From Candidatus Woesearchaeota archaeon (GTDB taxonomy: Archaea > Nanobdellota > Nanobdellia > Pacearchaeales > GW2011-AR1): DNA of 64,000 bases. The stretch's first letter is position 1, and every line of letters starts with the position of its first letter. Position numbers and translations under genes: made by a program. Below are positions 56,524-64,000 of this stretch, in pieces. The stretch is from assembly GCA_964606775.1 (NCBI GenBank), contig CAZSGW010000003.1, positions 13,335 to 77,334 of the forward strand, read 5' to 3'. The notes beneath the pieces were generated by a model. That model ran no database searches. It was not told the DNA's origin and saw only the letters and a program-made list of their open reading frames with translations.

Positions 56524-56934
56524 ATGGAAAAAAAGAATTGTGATGCTTGTTCTGGTTTGTGTTGTAAATATGTTGCTTTGGAAATTGATTGTCCTGAGGA
56601 TGAAGAAGATTTCGAGGATATTAAGTGGTATGTTCTACATGAGAAAGTTGCTGTTTATGTTGAAGACGATGGAACGTGGAATTTGGAATTTATAACTCCT
56701 TGTAAATATGTTAATGAAGATGGCAAGTGTTCTGTTCATGAAGAATTCACGAACAATCCTGAAATTAAACGTCCTAATATTTGTAAGGAATTTAATGTGG
56801 ATGTTTGCCCTTTTCATAATGAATATAATGAAAAATATAGATTCGAAAAAATTGAAGATGTCGAGAATTATATAAAGAACGTTTTTAAGAAGGGAAAACA
56901 TTTTATTCCTGAAGATGAAGAAGATGAAGATTAA
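56524..56934 (+). CDS. YkgJ/UPF0153-family CxxCxxCC metal-cluster protein
   Basis: 136 aa. CDACSGLCCKYV and CKYVNEDGKCSVHEEF...RPNICKEF fit the CxxCxxCC zinc/iron-chelating domain. Acidic C-terminal tail. Confidence 0.55.
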   Translation: MEKKNCDACSGLCCKYVALEIDCPEDEEDFEDIKWYVLHEKVAVYVEDDGTWNLEFITPCKYVNEDGKCSVHEEFTNNPEIKRPNICKEFNVDVCPFHNEYNEKYRFEKIEDVENYIKNVFKKGKHFIPEDEEDED

Positions 56935-57187
56935 GTTGCATCCTGGGAGTTCTCAGGAGAAAATTGAAAAAATTTCTGAAGCACCAGAGGCGTACCCCGA
57001 AAAATCTTCGAAAAAGATTTTTACTAAGGGCGATTATTATGAGGTTTGGTTAAAAGAGAAGCCGATTGATAATAAAGCAAATAATGCTTTAGAGAAATTT
57101 TTGAAAAAATATTTTGGAAAGCCTGTCAAAATTGTTTCGGGATTTACTTCAAAGATTAAGAAAGTTGAGTTAGTGTCCAGGACATAA
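56915..57187 (+). CDS. DUF167 (YggU) family protein
   Basis: 90 aa. KANNALEKFLKKYFGKPVKIVSGFTSKIKKVEL matches the DUF167 core (GKAN..L..FLA...GV....V.IVSG.TSR.K.V.I). Confidence 0.6.
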   Translation: MKKMKIKLHPGSSQEKIEKISEAPEAYPEKSSKKIFTKGDYYEVWLKEKPIDNKANNALEKFLKKYFGKPVKIVSGFTSKIKKVELVSRT

Positions 57188-57679
57188 TAAATTATATTCT
57201 ACTTTGTCTAGTTTTTCTAAAGATTTTCCCATGTCTTTTGGTGAACTTTCTTTAAAGTCAGTTCTTCCTATTCCATTATGAAATAAAACGTCTCCTGAGA
57301 ATAGAATTTTATTTTCTTTTAGTAAAATACATGTGCTTCCAGGTGTGTGGCCTGGGGCTTCGATTATTTCAAAAGTATCTCCTTGTAATTTTTTTATGTC
57401 TTGGATGTTATCATCTTCGAAGTCTTTTTTATTTCCGTAGATTTTTGCATTTTTGAAAATTTCAGTGTTTCCGACATGGTCCCAGTGATTGTGGGTTAGA
57501 ATGATTGTTTTTATCTCTGAGGGTTTGGTATTTAATTCTTCAAGTGATTCAATTAATTCTTCTTGGTTTTCTTTTGAGCTTGTGTCAATTAATATTCCTT
57601 TGTTTTTCATTAGATAAACCCTTGATCCAAAGTGTGTTAGTTCTATTGAGAAAATGTTTTTGTCCATGTTTTTTATCAT
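57170..57679 (-). CDS. metallo-beta-lactamase fold hydrolase (small)
   Basis: 169 aa. ILTHNHWDHVGN (HxHxDH) and a downstream APGHTPGS motif. Confidence 0.7.
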   Translation of the reverse strand: MIKNMDKNIFSIELTHFGSRVYLMKNKGILIDTSSKENQEELIESLEELNTKPSEIKTIILTHNHWDHVGNTEIFKNAKIYGNKKDFEDDNIQDIKKLQGDTFEIIEAPGHTPGSTCILLKENKILFSGDVLFHNGIGRTDFKESSPKDMGKSLEKLDKVEYNLLCPGH

Positions 57680-57729
57680 ATCTTTTGGAAGTAAATAAAC
57701 TATTTAAAGATATTTTTAGTTTTTTGTTT

Positions 57730-58131
57730 ATGAAATATGAAGTTGCAGAGGATTTACAAATTATTGCGGACGAGATTTCTAATTTATTATTTCCTCATAT
57801 AGATATGTCTCGTGTTAAATGTTTTAGGAGTTTTGGGAGTTCTTCTCGGGGAACTATTGCTCGTTGTCATGCTCTTGGAAAGGTTATGCAGATGACTATT
57901 GGAGTTGAGGCTCATTATTCTTTAGAGTTTTTGTGCCCTCGATTTGAGAAGCTTTCTGATGAAGATAAAGTTAAGACGATTATTCATGAGTTGATGCATA
58001 TTCCTCAAACTTTTGGAGGAGGATTTAGACATCATAATTGGGTTACTGAGAAAAATGTGAATTTACATTATCAGACTTATCTTGCTAAAAAAGAAGGTCG
58101 AGAGAAAAAAAGAAGTTGGTTTGGAATTTAG
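57730..58131 (+). CDS. predicted zinc metallopeptidase (HExxH), SprT/WLM-like
   Basis: Start trimmed to MKYEVAED at 57730. IIHELMHIP zinc-binding motif. Confidence 0.5.
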   Translation: MKYEVAEDLQIIADEISNLLFPHIDMSRVKCFRSFGSSSRGTIARCHALGKVMQMTIGVEAHYSLEFLCPRFEKLSDEDKVKTIIHELMHIPQTFGGGFRHHNWVTEKNVNLHYQTYLAKKEGREKKRSWFGI

Positions 58132-58553
58132 TATTGGAATTTTAGATTTCTTTCAAGTTTGGATATTTCTTTTTTAGTTAAAGATACTAATTCTATTTTA
58201 TTTTCTTTGAATATTTTTTCTTCTGTTTCGGAAGGATGAATTTCGTAATGGTTGAATCTATTCCATTTTCCATCAAATTGACAAAGTTCAAATTCATAAT
58301 CTGTATTTATTTCGTATGGTGCTGAACAAACTGTTTCACAATTATGTGGTTGATAGGTGTGAAGTGTTTTGATTCGGTTGTATTTTAAACATTTGATCAT
58401 TTCCTCGAATTTGAATAAAGTTCCAAATCCTCTTTCAAATTTTTCTATTACAGGGGTTAAAAAATTTTCTTTAATTGTGTATAACATGAATCCATTGTCG
58501 TTTAACGAATTGTCGTTATCATGTATTTCAAACCCGTAGATTTTCTTTTCCAT
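58128..58553 (-). CDS. hypothetical protein
   Basis: 141-aa ORF. Confidence 0.4.
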   Translation of the reverse strand: MEKKIYGFEIHDNDNSLNDNGFMLYTIKENFLTPVIEKFERGFGTLFKFEEMIKCLKYNRIKTLHTYQPHNCETVCSAPYEINTDYEFELCQFDGKWNRFNHYEIHPSETEEKIFKENKIELVSLTKKEISKLERNLKFQY

Positions 58554-58592
58554 TTTAATTAAGATTATAAATCCTTTTTATCTATTGTTGTT

Positions 58593-58943
58593 ATGAAAAT
58601 AAAAAAAGGTTCAAAGGTTATTGAGGTTAATCCAGTTAAGAAATTATCTTTATTTGGTAAATTTAAGGGGTTGATGTTTTCTCGTCGGAAAAAAGCTAAA
58701 GCTCTTTTATTTGAATGGAAAAATTGTGCGATACATTCCTTTTTTGTTTTTTATCCCTTCCTTGCTTTGTGGTTAGATGGGCATAATAAAATTGTTGATA
58801 AGAAGATTGTTAAACCTTTTAGTTTGTGTGTGTTTTCGGGAAAAAATTCTGAAAAACTTTTGGAAGTTCCGATAAATAAAAAATATCGAGGAGAAATTTT
58901 ATCTCTCGTCGGTGAGAAAACATTTAAAAAGAATAAAGATTAA
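58593..58943 (+). CDS. DUF192 family protein
   Basis: 116 aa. FKGLMFSRR...ALLFEW...FVFYPFLALWLDGHNKIV fits the DUF192 (COG1430) pattern. Confidence 0.5.
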   Translation: MKIKKGSKVIEVNPVKKLSLFGKFKGLMFSRRKKAKALLFEWKNCAIHSFFVFYPFLALWLDGHNKIVDKKIVKPFSLCVFSGKNSEKLLEVPINKKYRGEILSLVGEKTFKKNKD

Positions 58944-58988
58944 CTTATATTAGGTCAAAATGCTTTTGACTAAAAATATTGAAAGGAG

Positions 58989-59201
58989 GTGATTGAAATG
59001 GGAAAAGTTATTGTTAAGAATGCTGTTAATAGAAAACCGGGACATCTTTACTATGTTGATGGTAAAGGAAATGTTTGTGAGGCTGTGATGGCTAGAGGTG
59101 GAAAGAAGAAAAAGAAAGCCACTAAGAAAAAAGCTGCAAAGAAAAAAACTACTAAGAAAAAAACAGCAAAGAAGAAAACTACTAAGAAAAAGAAAAGGTA
59201 A
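58989..59201 (+). CDS. small protein with poly-Lys (TKKK-repeat) C-terminal tail
   Basis: 70 aa. Globular 38-aa N-terminus, then KKKKKATKKKAAKKKTTKKKTAKKKTTKKKKR, encoded by imperfect 21-bp tandem DNA repeats. Confidence 0.45.
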   Translation: MIEMGKVIVKNAVNRKPGHLYYVDGKGNVCEAVMARGGKKKKKATKKKAAKKKTTKKKTAKKKTTKKKKR

Positions 59202-59244
59202 ATTTTCTTAGTTTAATTTTTTTGTTTTTATTTTTTAATTAATT

Positions 59245-59604
59245 TTATTTTGTGTATTTTGATAATTCCTTGTAATAATTGAGGATTATTGTCATTGCTG
59301 TTTGAGAAGTTTTAGTTCCTAAATTATGTTCGTGCCATTCTTCGTTTTCAAAATATATTCCTGGATGAGTTCCAAGAGAGATTCCGTCTAAACCGTTTTT
59401 ATTGTCCCATCTTAATTTTATTTCTGGTTTTCCCATCATGTCTTCTAATGAATTTGAAAGTTTTTCTGCCATCTCTTCTATTTTTTCTTTTCCTTTGTTT
59501 TTGTAAAAATCTTTAATTCCTGTTTGCCAGTTTTTTATTGGTTTAATATCTGGAAGAAAAACTTCTCTATTTTTATGCCAGTATAAATTTGGTATGTGTT
59601 CCAT
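59245..59604 (-). CDS. hypothetical protein
   Basis: 119-aa ORF. Confidence 0.4.
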   Translation of the reverse strand: MEHIPNLYWHKNREVFLPDIKPIKNWQTGIKDFYKNKGKEKIEEMAEKLSNSLEDMMGKPEIKLRWDNKNGLDGISLGTHPGIYFENEEWHEHNLGTKTSQTAMTIILNYYKELSKYTK

Positions 59605-59709
59605 AATTTTACTAAGAAAAACTATTTATATTTATTATTATATTTTATTGATGTGACAAAAAAACCAACAATAAATAAAAAACATTAAAACGATTTTTTA
59701 TTTATACAT

Positions 59710-59763
59710 GTTAGGCACAATTTATACCTCAAACCAGTCTGTCTTAAAACAGAAAGATTAATT
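59710..59763. repeat. repeat A copy 1 (54 bp, identical to 63220-63273)
   Basis: GTTAGGCACAATTTATACCTCAAACCAGTCTGTCTTAAAACAGAAAGATTAATT is an exact match to copy 2. It contains a small hairpin, TCTGT-cttaaa-ACAGA. Confidence 0.9.
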
Positions 59764-59786
59764 AATTTGGATTTGTTGGAGAGTGT

Positions 59787-60059
59787 ATGGAATTGAATGA
59801 AATTGAGAAAGGAGATACTTTATTAATTAAAGGCAAAAATTTTCAGGTAGTAGAAGACTGGGATGAGGGATTTGATGAACTCTCTCCCGAAGAATATCGA
59901 TGGTATTCTATATTTGAAATGATTGAGATTAAAAGTAAGAAAATGACTGCTACCCATACACTTATTTATTATCAGGATGAAAAAGATATTTTTTTAATAA
60001 ACAAAATCAACCAAAAGAAACAAAAAGTAAAAAAAGAGGAGATAAAACTCCTCTCTTAA
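59787..60059 (+). CDS. cassette ORF 1a (hypothetical, 90 aa)
   Basis: ORF between repeat A1 and repeat B1. No homology to the unit-2 cargo. Confidence 0.4.
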   Translation: MELNEIEKGDTLLIKGKNFQVVEDWDEGFDELSPEEYRWYSIFEMIEIKSKKMTATHTLIYYQDEKDIFLINKINQKKQKVKKEEIKLLS

Positions 60060-60062
60060 TTT

Positions 60063-60272
60063 TTACCATTGACCTCCAGTATTTTTCGTGACTTTTCCTT
60101 CACGAAGATCAAACATGGAAGCTTGATAATTGTTTATTGGATTTTCATTGAATTTAGCCCCAGTAATAATCCCCTCTGGAGCGTGGACACTTAGTTTATC
60201 TCCATTAGGAAAGATTTTTATGTAATCTGCTTTCCCTTTACTTTTTCCTTGAGAACCTTTATAATCTGACAT
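60063..60272 (-). CDS. cassette ORF 1b (hypothetical, 69 aa)
   Basis: Minus-strand ORF whose start lies 20 bp from repeat B1, which places B in its upstream region. Confidence 0.4.
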   Translation of the reverse strand: MSDYKGSQGKSKGKADYIKIFPNGDKLSVHAPEGIITGAKFNENPINNYQASMFDLREGKVTKNTGGQW

Positions 60273-60291
60273 GACAACCCCCTTTTTTTTA

Positions 60292-60377
60292 AGTTAGACA
60301 ATGAAGAACTATTACAAAGTTATTCCATGAATGTTAATTTTATGTTAAATTAATGTTAAGAAATTGTTAAGAAAAGT
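60292..60377. repeat. repeat B copy 1 (86 bp, identical to 63820-63905)
   Basis: AGTTAGACAATGAAGAACTATTACAAAGTTATTCCATGAATGTTAATTTTATGTTAAATTAATGTTAAGAAATTGTTAAGAAAAGT is an exact match to copy 2. Non-coding, with stops in all frames. Confidence 0.9.
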
Positions 60378-60406
60378 ATTTAATTGAAAGATTCTTTTGT
60401 TAAATA

Positions 60407-60571
60407 ATGGGATTTTTAGATTGCTGTCCTTTATTAATAATCTATGGAATAATATTTTTAATAGGTGTTTTATTATTGATTATTGCATGGACTTTTGACT
60501 TTTTCAAAAATAAAAAGTTCGCAGATTTTTTTGAAAATTTAGCAGATAAAATAAAAGATTTCTTTACTTAG
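60407..60571 (+). CDS. small membrane peptide (54 aa, hypothetical)
   Basis: Hand-translated MGFLDCCPLLIIYGIIFLIGVLLLIIAWTF... with one TM helix. A low-confidence small ORF. Confidence 0.3.
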   Translation: MGFLDCCPLLIIYGIIFLIGVLLLIIAWTFDFFKNKKFADFFENLADKIKDFFT

Positions 60572-60846
60572 CTTTTGATTTTCCTAAACGAGATAAAATA
60601 AAATAGATTACTATTATCATTCCTGCTCTAATTATGATGTTTAAGGTTATATTTCCCGAAAGACCTATTCCAAATGTTGCTGGATTTATTACAACACCTA
60701 TTCCACAAGAAAGCAAAAAGGAAACGATTTTCCATGTTTTGTATGCCATAACCAAATTTTTAATTAAAAATCTGAAAATTAAGAAAATAATTTTTAATTT
60801 TATAAAATATTCTTTAATTTTGTGTATAAACTATAAAATTAAGATT

Positions 60847-62754
60847 ATGAAAAAAATAATTACTCTTTTGGGAATTGTTCTTATTGGACTTTTTATTATA
60901 AATCAATCTTGTAAAAAAGATAAGGATTTTGAAGAAATTTCAGAACAAGAACAAACTGAAATTGGCAATATAATTAATGTGGATATTGAAGGAGATGTAG
61001 GAACAATGAATTTTAATGATAGTATTATAATAACTGATAATTCAGTTTGCCAAGATACCGTAATAAAATATGATCTAAAATTTTTTAATGAGAGCAATAA
61101 TCAAATAAAAAATTTAGATATTAATTATTATAATCGTGAGGGAAAGTCTCATATTTATATTTATGATCCTGAAAGAAGATATGAATCTTGTTATCTCAGC
61201 GGAACCCCTTTAGAAATAAAATCCTATCTTGATTCTTTGTCAAATACAAAATCCTTAAATGATATTGTAGATATTGAAGAATCAGACGAAGTAATAACAT
61301 TAACAATTGCTGCAATTGTTTTTCTCGTTGGGATTACAAAACTTCAATTAGATGTTATTGAAAATGTGCATGAAGTCGATAAATTTTTAACTTCCGATAT
61401 AATTGAAATAAATAATAATTCTGTTACATATTGTAAAACCATGTCAGAAATAACAGATTATTATGAACATCTCAAAACAACTAAAAAAAGCATTAAAGAA
61501 ATAATTATAAGTTATATTACTTTTGTTGCTAATGGTCAAACTTATATGAATACTTCTGTGAAAGATTTTGCAATTGATTGTTCCAAAAATTTTATTAATG
61601 ATAAAGTAAAAAGTTTATTGAAAAATAAAGCTCAAGAAGTTTGGAGTTTAAATAATTCTTATATTGATACAGCTAAATTTTATTTTGTTGTAAATTATCC
61701 TTGTGATTTATTAAGTGGAGATGATGAATGTTCTCATATAGAAATACTTTATGCAAAATCAAATATCATCTTTGGAACTAATTATTGTAGTGATTTACCT
61801 CTTAAAATTCCAGTAGCAAACTTCACTGCTAATAAGACAACAATAACAAAGGGAGAGTCAATTAATTTTACAGATCAATCTACAAACACTCCTACAAACT
61901 GGTTATGGGATTTTGGAGATGGTAAGACTTCTTCATTACAAAATCCATCTCATACATATAATTCTTTTGGCATATATTCTGTTTCATTGACTGCCAGTAA
62001 TTCAGATGGTTCAGACATTAAAACTAAAGTAGATTATATTAGTGTTGAAAGAGAGATTGTTTATGGTAATGGAGTAACAGATTATAATGGGAATACTTAT
62101 GAAACAATTATTGTTGGGAATCAGGAATGGATGGTAAGCAATCTAAAAGCAACATCTTATGCAGATGGGACTCCTATCCCTAGTGGAAATCAATATTGTG
62201 ATTTAGATGGATGTCATTTTATTAGGAATAAAGGAAATTATACTTCTAAATATTATTTTTGGCTTTATGAAGACAAACAAAATAAAAATAAAACAGGAGC
62301 TTTTTATACTTGGGCAGCAGTTATGAATGGTGCACCAGGCAGTAATTTAAATCCTAGCAATATTCAAGGAGTTTGTCCAACAGGATGGCATGTTCCAAGC
62401 GATGCTGAATGGAAGGAACTTGAATCTTTTATGGGAATGGGTTCTTTAGAGCTGGAGAAATATGGATATCGTGAACTTTTAGAAGTGGAAAGTTTGATGT
62501 CTGAATCAATGGATGGAACAAATAGTACAGGGTTTGCTACAATTGCAGAAGGTTATAGATCAACTTATCTTAGTCCTAGTTGTCCTGATTGTAGTTATTC
62601 TTGGAAAAATAATGGACATGATGCAGTTTTTTGGACAAGTACAGATAGTAGTAATTCATCTATTTATCGTCTCTTTTATAATAATTCAGACTATATTAAA
62701 AGAGATAAGTTTACTAAAGATTATGGTTTAAATGTAAGATGTGTAAAAGATTAA
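60847..62754 (+). CDS. secreted/lipoprotein-like surface protein with PKD domain and Fibrobacter-succinogenes-major-paralogous-type C-terminal domain
   Basis: Start trimmed to signal peptide MKKIITLLGIVLIGLFIINQSC at 60847. The PKD-like segment is ANFTANKTTITKGESINFTDQSTNTPTNWLWDFGDGKTS...YSVSLTASNSDGSD. The C-terminal GAFYTWAAV...GVCPTGWHVPSDAEWKELE matches the TIGR02145-type domain. Confidence 0.7.
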   Translation: MKKIITLLGIVLIGLFIINQSCKKDKDFEEISEQEQTEIGNIINVDIEGDVGTMNFNDSIIITDNSVCQDTVIKYDLKFFNESNNQIKNLDINYYNREGKSHIYIYDPERRYESCYLSGTPLEIKSYLDSLSNTKSLNDIVDIEESDEVITLTIAAIVFLVGITKLQLDVIENVHEVDKFLTSDIIEINNNSVTYCKTMSEITDYYEHLKTTKKSIKEIIISYITFVANGQTYMNTSVKDFAIDCSKNFINDKVKSLLKNKAQEVWSLNNSYIDTAKFYFVVNYPCDLLSGDDECSHIEILYAKSNIIFGTNYCSDLPLKIPVANFTANKTTITKGESINFTDQSTNTPTNWLWDFGDGKTSSLQNPSHTYNSFGIYSVSLTASNSDGSDIKTKVDYISVEREIVYGNGVTDYNGNTYETIIVGNQEWMVSNLKATSYADGTPIPSGNQYCDLDGCHFIRNKGNYTSKYYFWLYEDKQNKNKTGAFYTWAAVMNGAPGSNLNPSNIQGVCPTGWHVPSDAEWKELESFMGMGSLELEKYGYRELLEVESLMSESMDGTNSTGFATIAEGYRSTYLSPSCPDCSYSWKNNGHDAVFWTSTDSSNSSIYRLFYNNSDYIKRDKFTKDYGLNVRCVKD

Positions 62755-63047
62755 TTTGGAATATTGTCTTTTAATTTTTTCTTGCGACTAATCAAAATCA
62801 ATATTATTTCAATCAACAAAAATAATCCTACTCCTAAGAAAAAATTAGTTTTAACATATTTTGAAGTAGCATCTATTATTGCATTTTGGACAGGGCTATA
62901 TTTAGTTAAAAAAACATATAAATTTTGACTCAGATACAATAAAGGAATCAATAAAATTCCCAAAATTCTTTTTTTCTTTGTTATAAAAAAACTTATTACA
63001 AAAACAATTATTGCAGTTACTATATTTAATAGGTATAATTGCATCAT
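62751..63047 (-). CDS. small membrane protein (hypothetical)
   Basis: 98 aa with three TM helices. Confidence 0.4.
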   Translation of the reverse strand: MMQLYLLNIVTAIIVFVISFFITKKKRILGILLIPLLYLSQNLYVFLTKYSPVQNAIIDATSKYVKTNFFLGVGLFLLIEIILILISRKKKLKDNIPN

Positions 63048-63090
63048 GGGATAATTAACAATTTTATCTTTAAAAATGTTGAGATATAAA

Positions 63091-63125
63091 AATAAAAAGT
63101 GCCTAACAATGCATAATAAAACATT
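63091..63125. repeat. repeat C copy 1 (35 bp or more, identical to 63966-64000)
   Basis: AATAAAAAGTGCCTAACAATGCATAATAAAACATT. Its GTGCCTAAC is the inverted complement of GTTAGGCAC at the start of repeat A2, about 110 bp downstream. Confidence 0.85.
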
Positions 63126-63219
63126 GCTTACTTTCTTCTAAAACCAAACCCCTTCTCTAATCATCTTTCCGGGAAATTCAAAATTCCTGCTTCTATTCGC
63201 AACGTTTTATATGCAGTAC

Positions 63220-63273
63220 GTTAGGCACAATTTATACCTCAAACCAGTCTGTCTTAAAACAGAAAGATTAATT
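63220..63273. repeat. repeat A copy 2
   Basis: Exact 54-bp match to 59710-59763. Its last 6 bp overlap the stop of the 63268-63573 gene. Confidence 0.9.
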
Positions 63274-63573
63274 TTTGTTTAGTTCATTAAAAAGAACAGG
63301 GAATTCTTCAACCATTTCAGGCATTTCTTTTTTTACAACTTTAAGGAAATCCAACTCCTTTTTGCTAAGACTTTGATATTTATTTAATCTTTCAACAAAT
63401 GAATCTAAATATGTTTCTAAACATTCTTTAGAATGTAGCCACGTTTCTCTAAAAGAACAAACTTCACAAAGAGGTTCTGGAACAACCCCAGGATTTGAAG
63501 TGTTCCTATTTATTGTTTTCCAAGAAATTGAAGCTGCTTTCTTACCACAACGAACACATTTGTTTTTATTCAT
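63268..63573 (-). CDS. cassette ORF 2a: zinc-ribbon protein (101 aa)
   Basis: N-terminal CVRCGKK...CEVCS forms a CxxC...CxxC pair. Confidence 0.45.
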   Translation of the reverse strand: MNKNKCVRCGKKAASISWKTINRNTSNPGVVPEPLCEVCSFRETWLHSKECLETYLDSFVERLNKYQSLSKKELDFLKVVKKEMPEMVEEFPVLFNELNKN

Positions 63574-63588
63574 TGTAGTTTAAAAGAG

Positions 63589-63804
63589 CTAAAATTTTTT
63601 AAAGGTTTTTAATATCTCTATTTCCTTGGGAGCCAAGCCATCCATTCGAGCTTGAACATTTCCAAAAGAGTCTTTGTACTGGATATCATAATGATCTTTA
63701 TGCTTAGGAGTTAAAACCCTCCTCAAAGGAGCATCAGAATTATTCCAAAATGTCGAAGGCCTTGGATCTCCTTTTTTGTTATTTAAATGATTATCAAAAC
63801 TCAT
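63589..63804 (-). CDS. cassette ORF 2b (hypothetical, 71 aa)
   Basis: Minus-strand ORF whose start lies 16 bp from repeat B2, the same arrangement as ORF 1b with B1. Confidence 0.4.
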   Translation of the reverse strand: MSFDNHLNNKKGDPRPSTFWNNSDAPLRRVLTPKHKDHYDIQYKDSFGNVQARMDGLAPKEIEILKTFKKF

Positions 63805-63819
63805 AGCTTTAAATTTTAA

Positions 63820-63905
63820 AGTTAGACAATGAAGAACTATTACAAAGTTATTCCATGAATGTTAATTTTATGTTAAATTAATGTTAAGAAATTGTTAAGA
63901 AAAGT
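63820..63905. repeat. repeat B copy 2
   Basis: Exact 86-bp match to 60292-60377. Confidence 0.9.
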
Positions 63906-63965
63906 CTGGAATTGGATGATTCAATGCATGATTAGAAAAAGCTGTTAAAAAACTCAAAGAACAAT

Positions 63966-64000
63966 AATAAAAAGTGCCTAACAATGCATAATAAAACATT
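63966..64000. repeat. repeat C copy 2 (truncated by window end)
   Basis: Exact match to 63091-63125 as far as the end of the window. Confidence 0.85.

Noticed and set aside
57505-57729. 5' extension of the metallopeptidase ORF overlapping the MBL hydrolase gene on the opposite strand.
   Set aside because: The extension is low-complexity Leu/Ser-rich antisense sequence. The Met at 57730 gives a compact protein that begins just before the conserved region.
59202-59244. CRISPR array or other periodic short repeats anywhere in the window.
   Set aside because: No regularly spaced direct repeats with unique spacers were seen. The periodic K-codon repeats at 59090-59200 and 52860-52990 are coding (poly-Lys tails). 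The A/B/C repeats are few, long and irregularly spaced.
60634-60846. Upstream 71 codons of the PKD-domain protein ORF.
   Set aside because: The canonical signal peptide (MKKIITLLGIV...) begins at 60847. The upstream stretch is AT-rich with no hydrophobic leader and overlaps a possible minus-strand small membrane ORF (60564-60755).
1-64000. Integrase, transposase or other mobile-element enzymes associated with the repeats or the tRNA duplication.
   Set aside because: No ORF in the window shows recombinase (RHRY or catalytic Ser) or DDE-transposase motifs. The mobile-element interpretation therefore rests only on the repeat architecture.

Overview
Very AT-rich, gene-dense segment that reads as an archaeal chromosome; a small-genome DPANN-type lineage is my inference, not a database result. 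The signals are archaeal information-processing genes, intron-containing tRNAs cut at the canonical 37/38 position, and many compact proteins. The left third holds a replication cluster (family B DNA polymerase, FEN-1, RFC large and small subunits, endonuclease III, a missed ribosomal protein L41e) followed by a PduL/acetate kinase pair. The middle carries translation and tRNA-modification genes (ThrRS, TrpRS, PheRS alpha and beta, Elp3, Trm5-like, MnmA-like), an Lhr helicase, PEP synthase and a GAF-linked class III nucleotidyl cyclase. Five tRNAs are present: Gln-CUG, Glu-CUC with a 124-nt intron, Thr-GGU with a duplicated 3' end downstream, Glu-UUC, and Ile-UAU with a 54-nt intron. The most unusual stretch is 59.6-64.0 kb. 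There, non-homologous pairs of tiny genes sit between near-identical non-coding repeats (A 54 bp, B 86 bp, C at least 35 bp), forming cassette-like units next to a PKD plus Fibrobacter-type-domain surface protein. No CRISPR array, rRNA, integrase or transposase was found. Apart from the identities I verified directly in the text (the A, B, C repeats and the 19-bp tRNA-Thr duplication), all percentages, lengths and similarities are manual estimates from reading the sequence.
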